A program made the translations under genes and the position numbers. Shown here in pieces: positions 49,613 to 58,135 of a stretch of 64,000 bases of DNA. Source of the stretch: a virus. Numbering within the stretch: position 1 is the stretch's first letter; each line of letters begins with the position of its first letter. The notes beneath the pieces are model-generated. The model was not told the origin of the DNA, made no database searches, and worked only from the letters and a program-made list of their open reading frames with translations. The stretch spans positions 36,075-100,074 of IMG/VR virus record IMGVR_UViG_3300049171_000040; one strand, 5' to 3'.

Positions 49613-50227
49613 ATGGCGAACACCCCGCCGCCCGACAGCCGCCCGCCCGGGACTCTTGTGCCCGTGCCCGTGACGGCGAATTTTGCGGCAGAGCGCGCCG
49701 CCGAGGCCTTGGTATGCGCCCAGTCGCGCTACTTCGAGCCTGAGCAAGCCGCCGCGCTGGTGGTCGTAGCGGACGGATGGACGCGCCTGCACGTCGCGCT
49801 GGCCGCCACGCCCGAGCCGTTGGCGGTGGACATGACGGGTCCGATCGTTCACGTCCCTGACGACTTCGACCCCGAGAAGGTCGCCGCCGAACTCGCATGC
49901 CGCATGGGCCTCTCGCGGCCGGTTGAGGAGATCTCCCTTCACCGGGAGCGCGCCCACCTGGTGGCCTACCTTGCCACGCAATACCCGGCCACGATCGCCT
50001 ACAACGATCCGAAAGAGCCGGACTGGCCGGTCTGCTACATCGAGACCCCCGAAGGTCAGATGGCGTGGCACATCGCCGGGGGCGACCTCGACCTGTTCGA
50101 CCACGTTCCCCGCAATGGCCTTCTCGCCACCGGCGGGCCAGTGTGGGACGGCCACTCCACGATCGAGAAGTACGAGCGGCTCAACGCCCTCACGCGCGAC
50201 ATCGCCGACCGGCCCACGGAGGGCTGA
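49613..50227 (+). CDS. WDGH-motif phage protein
   Basis: ERAHLVA.L...W....IETP.GQM.WH...WDGHST.EKY.RL. Confidence 0.65.
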   Translation: MANTPPPDSRPPGTLVPVPVTANFAAERAAEALVCAQSRYFEPEQAAALVVVADGWTRLHVALAATPEPLAVDMTGPIVHVPDDFDPEKVAAELACRMGLSRPVEEISLHRERAHLVAYLATQYPATIAYNDPKEPDWPVCYIETPEGQMAWHIAGGDLDLFDHVPRNGLLATGGPVWDGHSTIEKYERLNALTRDIADRPTEG

Positions 50228-50854
50228 CCGATGGCCCCATTGACGCCGGACGCCGTCCGTGAGGTGGCCGAGTGGATGCGCGGCTGGCGCTCCCCGGACC
50301 GGACGATCCGCGCTGCCTCTTCGGTGATCGTTGCCGAGCAGCCGGGCGGGGTCGTGGTCTACGAGGCCGAGTCGATCCGGCGTCTCATCCCCAAGGCGGT
50401 GGGCGAGTGACCCCTCAGCCGTACCGGACCCGTCCAGCCCGCGTCCGGCTGTCGTAACGAGCCGGTAACGATCGCTGGCGTTGTCGGTGTCCGTACTTGT
50501 GCGTACTTGCGCGCAGAAGTGCGTACGTCCGCACGCAGTCACTCCTGTCACAAAGGAGCCCCTGCCGCTGTGTGCGATGGTGGAGAAAGCGCAGACAAAG
50601 CACTCAAAATCAGAGGTTTGCGCTATAAAGCCCGCTGCCCCTTTGTTCGCTTTTCGAGTGGCGTTAGTCACACTTTTTCGGAAAGCCCTTGACCTGCCGA
50701 TATGCCCAAAATAATGCCGGGCGCAAAATGCGCTCATAGGGGCGAACAACTAGAATTGACGCATAGTTGGACCCTCAAATGAGGGCGCCCCGAACAGCCG
50801 GTTAGCAGCGGCCGTCGGGGCTTGCCGACCACCTGCATCACCAGGAGATCGACC

Positions 50855-51763
50855 ATGAGAAACACTACAGGCGGACAGGTTCAACCTGGCGGTGGGGACG
50901 CCTCCCCCTTCGACAAGATCAAGCACACGGACGAGCGCGGCGACTACTGGTTAGCCCGCGAACTCATGCCGCTTCTGGGGTACCGGAAGTGGGAGAAGTT
51001 CGAAGACTCCATCGAACGTGCCCGAGTGTCGATCGCCACCACGGGCATGGACCCCGACGCGGAAGCTTCCCGGCGCCGGGAAGCTTATGGCCGGACCAGG
51101 CAAGTTGGCGCGAACTACCGGCTCACCCGCCACGGCGCGTTCATCACCGCCATGAACGGCGACGTTCGGAAGCCCGAGATCGCAGCTGCCCAGGCGTACT
51201 TCGCGATCAAGACCCACGAGGCCGAGACCAGGGCGTCCAGCGCTGTTGCCCTTCCGCAGGACTATGAAGAGGCGCTCGAAGAGCTGCTGGTCAAGGTCCG
51301 CGAGGTCAGGACACTCCAGTCCCAGAACGATGAACTCGGCGTCCGCGCCGACACAGCTGAGCACCGTGCCGACACCGCCGAGCGGAAGTTCGCCGAGTTC
51401 GAGGGCGGGCCCGGCATCACGCTCACGAAGTTCCACAAGAAGTACTTCTCCGAAGTCCCTGCCCGAGTGTTCTTCGAGCACCTGTATGCCAAGGGCTACC
51501 TGATCGACCAGCGCGGCCAAGGCCCGTGGGACGAGAAGAACCAGTGCTACAAGGACGGCCCCCAGCACTTCGAACCCAGCTTCCGTGGCAAGCCGTTCCT
51601 CTACCTCCACGAGGCCGGCGTCTTCCGGAAGAAGCGGCGCTTCAAGACGCTGGTCCGACCGGGCGATCCGGAGTTGAGCTTCAAACACCGCCTCATCGCC
51701 GATGGCCTTCGCGGCAACGCCCACACCACCGACTACCTGTTCGCGATCGAGGGCGGCCGATGA
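50855..51763 (+). CDS. Antirepressor, paralog of 9656-10501
   Basis: SPFD.IK...[16 protein letters not shown]; shared FHKKYFSEV...YLIDQRG.G.WDEK C-terminus. Confidence 0.85.
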   Translation: MRNTTGGQVQPGGGDASPFDKIKHTDERGDYWLARELMPLLGYRKWEKFEDSIERARVSIATTGMDPDAEASRRREAYGRTRQVGANYRLTRHGAFITAMNGDVRKPEIAAAQAYFAIKTHEAETRASSAVALPQDYEEALEELLVKVREVRTLQSQNDELGVRADTAEHRADTAERKFAEFEGGPGITLTKFHKKYFSEVPARVFFEHLYAKGYLIDQRGQGPWDEKNQCYKDGPQHFEPSFRGKPFLYLHEAGVFRKKRRFKTLVRPGDPELSFKHRLIADGLRGNAHTTDYLFAIEGGR

Positions 51764-52482
51764 GCGCCCCGGACTTCGCGCCCTTCGCGACCGCGCTCGT
51801 GGACCGCCACGAAGAGAACCTGATGGACTACGGCCCCGAAGAGCAGGCCAAGCGTGTGCTCGATGCCCTGGAGCGCTTCCACTCGTTCACCGGGATCCGC
51901 CCCACCCAGCCCGGCCATGTGATCGACCTCGCCGGGTTCGGTGAAGCGCCCGTCCACTTCGAGAGCGACAAGAACCGCTACCTGCTGGTGACCGAAGTCG
52001 GCACCGCCCTTGGCATGCCGGTCTGGGAGTCCTGCGAGTGGGCCCGCAAGCAATACCTGTGGGACATCGAAGAGCAGCGCGACCGGGACGAAGAGCGCGG
52101 CGACGGACGGCTCGGCTGGGAGCGCCTGGACGACTACTGCGACCTGCGTCTCTGGTGCGCCACTGAGAAGCCGCCCCAGCCTGGGACGGGCAAGGTCCAC
52201 CACGCCGACTATGGCGAGTGGCTCGTCTCCCACGATCGGCTCCTGCTGTTCATCGCCGATAGCCCATGGTCTAAAGAGTTCAGGGCCAACACGAAGGACC
52301 TGTTCGCCCTTGGCGCGAAGGAGTTCCTCGGCGGGCTGAACGTCCCGGTGGTGCGCATCGACGGTGACGGCACCATGTCTGCGGCTTCCGCCGACGACCT
52401 ATTCCACACGGACCTGTCCGAGGAAGAGGCGCGGCGGAAAGCTCGGCGCGGTCCGAACATCCCCCTGGACGAGCGCGAATGA
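51760..52482 (+). CDS. Hypothetical protein
   Basis: Coupled to the antirepressor. Confidence 0.6.
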   Translation: MSAPDFAPFATALVDRHEENLMDYGPEEQAKRVLDALERFHSFTGIRPTQPGHVIDLAGFGEAPVHFESDKNRYLLVTEVGTALGMPVWESCEWARKQYLWDIEEQRDRDEERGDGRLGWERLDDYCDLRLWCATEKPPQPGTGKVHHADYGEWLVSHDRLLLFIADSPWSKEFRANTKDLFALGAKEFLGGLNVPVVRIDGDGTMSAASADDLFHTDLSEEEARRKARRGPNIPLDERE

Positions 52483-52744
52483 CCATCATCCCGTTCCGGA
52501 AGCCGGACCACGGACCTCACATCGAGCCATGTCGCCTCTGCAAGGAGCAGGGGCGCTCATTCGAGGGGACCGACCTCCCGGTCTTCAAGCGCTTCCTCGG
52601 TGGCAGTGTTCAAGCCTGCCTGCTCTGTGACGGAACGGGATGGCCTGAGTTCGTGCTGATCCCATAGACACCGGGCGGGCGAGGGAAAACCATTCGCACG
52701 GTCTCGCCGCCCGCCCGGTACCACCCCCTGGAGAGCGCACGCTG

Positions 52745-52972
52745 ATGACTGATCGTGAACCGCTCACCTCATACTCGGAACTCGCCGACGTCCTCGCGTC
52801 GCTGCCGCTTCTCCTGCGGGAGGCTCGCCGGGCTCGCGGGCTGAGCACGAGACGGGCCGGGGCAGAGATTGACTGCGCGTTCTCCACGGTGCACCGGATC
52901 GAGCAAGGCGAGGACTGCGTGTTGTCGAACGCGGTCGCTGTCCTGCGCTGGCTCGACAACCGCCCGACCTAA
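52745..52972 (+). CDS. Small XRE HTH protein
   Basis: LREARRARGLS.R.AG.EI....STV.RIEQG. Confidence 0.75.
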   Translation: MTDREPLTSYSELADVLASLPLLLREARRARGLSTRRAGAEIDCAFSTVHRIEQGEDCVLSNAVAVLRWLDNRPT

Positions 52973-52997
52973 CCCCCCTCACCCCTGGAGTGATCTC

Positions 52998-53297
52998 GTG
53001 AGTACCCCGACCCCGACTGTGGGCGCACTCGTTCACTACGTGTCGCAGGACGGCGCGGACGAGCCCACCTGTCGCCCCGCTTCCATCGCTGCCATCGGGA
53101 ATTACGCCAACGATTTGTGGCTGGACCTTTCCGTTTCGACTCCCGGCGCCGTGGTAGAGAAACAGGGCGTGGCACGCTCGCTCGGTGCCGACGAGCCCGG
53201 TGATGTTTTCCCTGGGTACACCATCGCCACGTGCCATGATGGCCGCTTCTATCCGGGCGGCACCTGGCACTGGCCCGGAGACGTGAAGATCGGCTAG
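52998..53297 (+). CDS. Hypothetical phage protein
   Basis: PTVG..VHYVS...CRPA.I...GGTWHWP. Confidence 0.65.
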   Translation: MSTPTPTVGALVHYVSQDGADEPTCRPASIAAIGNYANDLWLDLSVSTPGAVVEKQGVARSLGADEPGDVFPGYTIATCHDGRFYPGGTWHWPGDVKIG

Positions 53298-53554
53298 CGC
53301 GCCTTGGGTTCGTCTCGCAGCCGGGCGACGAGTTCGGGGCACCCTGCGAGCATCTCGCCGAAGGCCGCACCGTACCGTTCCTGCCGCCGCTGGACATCCT
53401 CGGCGAGCCGGGCTTCTGCCTCCCGGAAGGGAGCCATGGCCTGCCGCTCCGCTTCGACGGCAGCGTCAAGCACCTCGCGTGGCATGCCGATCTCTTCGCA
53501 GCGCTTGTTGATTGCCTGGTCGATGACGGCTTCGTACTCGCTGAGGTCGGCCAT
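53294..53554 (-). CDS. Hypothetical protein
   Basis: Fills the gap on the minus strand. Confidence 0.45.
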   Translation of the reverse strand: MADLSEYEAVIDQAINKRCEEIGMPREVLDAAVEAERQAMAPFREAEARLAEDVQRRQERYGAAFGEMLAGCPELVARLRDEPKAR

Positions 53555-53592
53555 GACGTGACCTTAACCCCCTCACCTCCTGGAGATCCTCC

Positions 53593-54201
53593 GTGTCTAA
53601 GGAGACGACAGACCACGCCCCGCTGATCGTCATCAAGACTGGCGACCGCGAGGAGTTGTGCCGCTCCCCGGTGACCGTAGGCACCCGCAGCGAGTCGACG
53701 TTCCACCTCGCCGACGTGTACGCCAGCACCCGCCACGCCCGGATCTTCCACGACGGCGACGGATGGCATGTGAGCGACCGAGGGTCCACGAACGGCACCT
53801 TCCTCAACAGGCGTCGTATCTATGCGGGAACGCCAATCGCTAAGGGCGATCAGATCCGCGTCGGCCGTACAGTGTTGACCGTGGTTCCACTGCAAGGGGA
53901 CGACCCGCGACCCATCCGCGTCGCAGTCTTCACCGATGCCCCGACGGCGGGCTTCTTCGCCGACGGCGACGCGGTCCCTGCCGCGGAGATGACTAAGTCG
54001 CGCGACGTCGCCCCGGTGTACGTCAAGCATCCGATGGCCGTCTACGAGATCCGCGAAGGCGTCTACAGCGTGATGAAGAACGGCGAGGACTGGGGCAAGC
54101 CGTTCGAGACTGCCGAGCTTGATCTCGCGATCGTGGTCTGCGACGCGTGGGCCTCCGAGTTCGCCGACCTCTTCCGAGCCCGCCGAACAGCCACCTCCTA
54201 G
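53593..54201 (+). CDS. FHA-domain protein
   Basis: TVG.R, S.RHA, D.GSTNGTFLN, GD.IRVG. Confidence 0.85.
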   Translation: MSKETTDHAPLIVIKTGDREELCRSPVTVGTRSESTFHLADVYASTRHARIFHDGDGWHVSDRGSTNGTFLNRRRIYAGTPIAKGDQIRVGRTVLTVVPLQGDDPRPIRVAVFTDAPTAGFFADGDAVPAAEMTKSRDVAPVYVKHPMAVYEIREGVYSVMKNGEDWGKPFETAELDLAIVVCDAWASEFADLFRARRTATS

Positions 54202-54466
54202 CCTGGACGTATGTCCATCCCCGAAGGCCCTCGCGTCCGCCTAGCGGGCAACGGGATCGTCCGCCTCCAAGCGTGGGAGCGCCGGGTGGACGGCTGGTGG
54301 GCTGTGTACGCGTGGCCTGAGGTGACGACCGAGGCGGAGTACGGCAAGCCGGTGATCTCGTTCCCGGAGCGTTCAGCGCCTGCCGACCAGGTTGAGCAAC
54401 TCCTTGGCGAGGACTATTCGCAGGTGCCGAGACGCCACCAGACCTGACCCACCCCCTGGAGCGATC

Positions 54467-55264
54467 GTGATCCCTCACGATGAGGTCCGGCACGGCTTCA
54501 CGCTGCGCGACCTCGATGACTGCGCCCGCATCGCCGTCGCCAACGCAGCGACACGGGCAGGCGACTACACCGACCGGTACGACGCCGCGTGGCACGCAAT
54601 CGCCGCACACCTCATGGTCGTGACCGATCCACCCAGCCGCAACGACCTCATCAAGGCAGGGCGGCGGGCTGTCCACCAGGAAGTCGCCAACCATCTGCGG
54701 CACCACGGCACGCCGTCCAACTCCGAACCTGGCGTTGTCCGGCCGTCGTTCTCCCGGTACTGGGATGACGTCGTCTGCCACACCGCGTCGCCGGAGACGC
54801 CCGTGGTCGAGTCGGAGGCACTGCGGCGGATCTGGCCCCACCTGACGCCGGCCGAACAGCGGGCGATCCACGCCCTAGCCGACCACGGCTCCTACACGGC
54901 TGCGGCTGCTGCGCTCGGCGTGGCCTACCAGACCGTTGCCTGTCAACTTCTATCGGGCCGCCGCCGATTCCTCACCTTGTGGCACGAGGGGGAGACGCCG
55001 CACCTGTCGGCCTTCAGTCGAAACCGGAAACGGGTCGGACGTAAGACGCACTGCCCGCAAGGCCACGAGTACACCGACGACAACACGCGCGTCTACCCCC
55101 GGATCGTCGGCGGAAAAAGGCACACGGCCCGCTTGTGTAAGACGTGCGAGCAGCACCGACGACGGCTGCGGTCGGCCAAGGAGGCGACGCGATGGGACAG
55201 CCCGCACACGGCCAGTCCATCGCCCGAACCGTCGTCAACCGCATCGCCGTCACGCGCGGCCTGA
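54467..55264 (+). CDS. Sigma-factor-like HTH protein with C-terminal THCP.GH Zn motif
   Basis: LTPAEQRAI.AL...SY..AA..LGV...TV...L..GRRRF; KTHCPQGHEY...CKTC. Confidence 0.6.
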   Translation: MIPHDEVRHGFTLRDLDDCARIAVANAATRAGDYTDRYDAAWHAIAAHLMVVTDPPSRNDLIKAGRRAVHQEVANHLRHHGTPSNSEPGVVRPSFSRYWDDVVCHTASPETPVVESEALRRIWPHLTPAEQRAIHALADHGSYTAAAAALGVAYQTVACQLLSGRRRFLTLWHEGETPHLSAFSRNRKRVGRKTHCPQGHEYTDDNTRVYPRIVGGKRHTARLCKTCEQHRRRLRSAKEATRWDSPHTASPSPEPSSTASPSRAA

Positions 55265-55809
55265 CACCGCCCTGGCCCGGCGCGGACGCACCTCTGCCGG
55301 ACTGGCTGGAGTCGGCCGACGTCGCCACATGGGGTGTCGTTGAACTAGGGGAGATGCGGCAACGCCTCCTCGACCCCCGGCAGCGTCAGGCGCACGGCGT
55401 CGTCTACACCCCGCCCGAGGTCGTGAACTGGCAGGTGCCTACCGCCCTCGACAAGGCCAACCTCGACAGGGTCGCGCACCACCGACGCCCGCTTGAGCAC
55501 ATCCACATCCATGATCCTTTCTGCGGTCCCGGCATCTTCCTCCTAGTCGCCGCCTGGTACGTCGCCCGCTGGTACGCCCCGGACGACCCGCAGGCCGCCC
55601 TTCCCGAGGTCTTCGCCGAGTGCATCTACGGCACCGACCTGGACGAAGTGGCGATCGACCTCGCCAAGTCCGCGTGCTGGCTGGAGATCAACGGCGGACG
55701 TCCGATCACCTTTATGGACCGCAACATCGCCGTCGGGGACACCTTCGCCGACGAGCTTCCTGCCCAGCTTGCCGAGCGGTGGCCGATCAAGCCGCCCACC
55801 GCCGCCTGA
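55192..55809 (+). CDS. Truncated N6-adenine DNA methylase (SAM-binding part only)
   Basis: GVVYTP..VV, DP.CG.G.FL, IYG.D, GDT; ends before any NPPY. Confidence 0.7.
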   Translation: MGQPAHGQSIARTVVNRIAVTRGLTPPWPGADAPLPDWLESADVATWGVVELGEMRQRLLDPRQRQAHGVVYTPPEVVNWQVPTALDKANLDRVAHHRRPLEHIHIHDPFCGPGIFLLVAAWYVARWYAPDDPQAALPEVFAECIYGTDLDEVAIDLAKSACWLEINGGRPITFMDRNIAVGDTFADELPAQLAERWPIKPPTAA

Positions 55810-55828
55810 CCCGCTCGGAGGTGGTCTC

Positions 55829-56119
55829 GTGGCTCTCTCTCCAACCCTCTGGGATCCCTCCTGCGGCTTGACGTACGCGGAGTGGCTGCGGGACAAGAGC
55901 CCTCAGATCCGCCCTACGGGTTGGACTCACGCCACCCACGACCAGGTGCTCGACGGCTACGACGCCGACGGCAAACGCACCAAGACGGTCTTGGACCAGC
56001 TCGGCAACGAGGTCCACCAGTACGGCAAAGACCAACAAGACGTGCGGATCAACATCGACCCGCCCACCATCGACGTCCCCGCCTCTCTTCTGCCCGCTCA
56101 TCTCAAGGAGGCGCTGTGA
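55829..56119 (+). CDS. Hypothetical phage protein
   Basis: TYAEWLR.K..QI motif; RBS ggaggt. Confidence 0.55.
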   Translation: MALSPTLWDPSCGLTYAEWLRDKSPQIRPTGWTHATHDQVLDGYDADGKRTKTVLDQLGNEVHQYGKDQQDVRINIDPPTIDVPASLLPAHLKEAL

Positions 56120-56454
56120 CCACCCGCCTGCCCACCGCGTCCCGAAACGCCGCCTGCGACGCCGTCGTTGACCTCCTGGACGCCGGATCCGGCGCGGCCA
56201 CCATCGAGATCCGCTCCGGGACTCAGCCGGCGTCGGCGAACGACGCCGGCGCCGGCACGGCATCCCTGCCCGCCCTCACCTCTGCTGGCACAGGCTCGGC
56301 CAAGACGACGGGAGTCGGCTCCATCATTCTTCCTGCGCTGATCGTTCAGCCCGAGACCGCCGACGTCGACATCGTCAGCGTCGGCCCACCCACCCGAGCA
56401 TGGTCTGCCGGGCCGCCTGAACGCCGCTGGAGCGCCCAGATAGCCGGGAGGTGA
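56116..56454 (+). CDS. Virion-protein-like fragment
   Basis: RNAACDAVVDLLDAG...TIEIRSG.QPA. Confidence 0.5.
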   Translation: MTTRLPTASRNAACDAVVDLLDAGSGAATIEIRSGTQPASANDAGAGTASLPALTSAGTGSAKTTGVGSIILPALIVQPETADVDIVSVGPPTRAWSAGPPERRWSAQIAGR

Positions 56455-56744
56455 CTATGGCCATCCCGTGCTTCCCCTCCAGCACCGTGGAGTACGTGCC
56501 CGCCCTCGTGACCGGCACCTTCACCGAGTCCACCCCCGTGCACATGGCTGTCATCCCGTACGACATCGAGCCGGATACCGACGACTGGAAGACCGCCGTC
56601 TGGGACGGCAGTCACGCCAAGGTGAAGATCGGCACGGGCACAGCTGTGGGCGCGCTCGACGAAGGCTTGTACGGCGTGTGGGTCAAGGTCACTACGGCTG
56701 ACGAGACACCCGTCATCCCCTCTGGCTCAATAAGGATCACGTGA
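56451..56744 (+). CDS. Hypothetical beta-rich phage protein
   Basis: P...DWK.A.W...A.VKIG...G.Y.VWVKVT...ETPV..SG.I.I. Confidence 0.65.
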   Translation: MTMAIPCFPSSTVEYVPALVTGTFTESTPVHMAVIPYDIEPDTDDWKTAVWDGSHAKVKIGTGTAVGALDEGLYGVWVKVTTADETPVIPSGSIRIT

Positions 56745-57388
56745 TCTCCGTCCTGCTGCCGTCCCGCGGCCGGCCGTCCTCGCTCGCCGACTCGATCGCG
56801 TCCCTGCGTGTCATGGCCGACGACCCGGATCGGGTGTCGGTGCTGGTGGCCGCAGACCCGGACGACCCCGACACGGTGAAGGTGGCCAGCGCGTCCAGGG
56901 CCGCCCACGTCTACACGGCGCCCCGCCGGTACGGCTACGCCAGGCTCCACGAGTACGTCAACGCCCTGGCGACCCTGGCGTCGGGGGAGTGGCTGGTGTT
57001 GTGGAACGACGACGCCCGCATGCTCACCAAGGGCTGGGACTCCCGCGTCGCCGAATCCGCTCCGGGCGTGCTGTGGCCAGCGCACAACGACTCGCCCATG
57101 CTGAACATCTTCCCGATCGTCCACCGGTCGATCGTCGACACGCTCGGCCACTTCTCCCTGTCACCGCACTGCGACTCTTGGGTCCAGGACGTCGCCCACG
57201 CCGCGGGCATTCACCGCCGCGTCGATGTCGAGGTGCTGCACGACCGCTGTGATCTGACCGGCGGCCACGACGACGACACCTACCGGGATGCTCAGGCCGG
57301 CTACCGCACCAGCGACTACCACTCGCCCGACATGCGGGCAGCCCGCGAACGTGACGTCGAGTTGCTGCGGATGGAGTGGGTGCGGTGA
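56741..57388 (+). CDS. GT-A (family 2-like) glycosyltransferase
   Basis: ISVLLPSRGRP, D.DD, WNDD, FP, CDSW. Confidence 0.85.
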   Translation: MISVLLPSRGRPSSLADSIASLRVMADDPDRVSVLVAADPDDPDTVKVASASRAAHVYTAPRRYGYARLHEYVNALATLASGEWLVLWNDDARMLTKGWDSRVAESAPGVLWPAHNDSPMLNIFPIVHRSIVDTLGHFSLSPHCDSWVQDVAHAAGIHRRVDVEVLHDRCDLTGGHDDDTYRDAQAGYRTSDYHSPDMRAARERDVELLRMEWVR

Positions 57389-58134
57389 CCTTCATGGACA
57401 CGCAGCGGCAGCAGTGGAGCCGTCCGCCGGTCGACGGCATCGGCTACGTCCCCGTCGCCGACCTGCTGGCCATGGGTGACGACGAGCTCAAGGCGACGAT
57501 CGCTGAGGCGAACCGCGTCCGCTACTCCAGCTGGCGCAACCACAACGGCCTGTGGGTGGATGTGCTCGGACTCGACTCCACGACCGGCAGGGACGTCCTG
57601 GACTACGGGTGCGGCGTCGGCGCCGAGGCGCTCGTCTACGCCGAGGCCGGCAACCGGGTGACAGTGGCTGACATCGTCGCTGACAATGTGGCTCTGGCCG
57701 CCCGCGTCCTCGCTATCCACGGGCATGAGCCGGAGAAGGCGCTGATAGGGGATCTGACGCCGTTCACCGACCTGCCCGCCGGCTCGTTCGACGTGGTCCA
57801 CTGCTCCGGCGTCCTGCATCACATCCCGTGGGCGCTAGACACCGTCGAGCACTTCGCTCAGCTTCTCCGCCCAGGCGGCGAGGTGCGGCTGATGCTGTAC
57901 TCCGATGAGGGCTGGCGCCTTGCCACGGCCACAGACCCGCCCGACGACGTGACCCTCCACCCGCAGTTCGACGAGTTCGTGCACTACTTCGACGCGGTCG
58001 GCATCTACGCCGACTGGTACGACAAGGCCCGGCTCACGGCCCGCTTCGGTGACCTGTTCACGGTGGAGCGCTTCTCCTATCTGACCCCCAACCGCCGCTA
58101 CTGCGCTGCGGTGCTTCGCCTCAAGGAGACCTGA
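57385..58134 (+). CDS. Class I SAM-dependent methyltransferase
   Basis: VLDYGCGVG, FDVV.C.GVLHH, LRPGG. Confidence 0.9.
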   Translation: MTFMDTQRQQWSRPPVDGIGYVPVADLLAMGDDELKATIAEANRVRYSSWRNHNGLWVDVLGLDSTTGRDVLDYGCGVGAEALVYAEAGNRVTVADIVADNVALAARVLAIHGHEPEKALIGDLTPFTDLPAGSFDVVHCSGVLHHIPWALDTVEHFAQLLRPGGEVRLMLYSDEGWRLATATDPPDDVTLHPQFDEFVHYFDAVGIYADWYDKARLTARFGDLFTVERFSYLTPNRRYCAAVLRLKET

Positions 58135-58135
58135 C

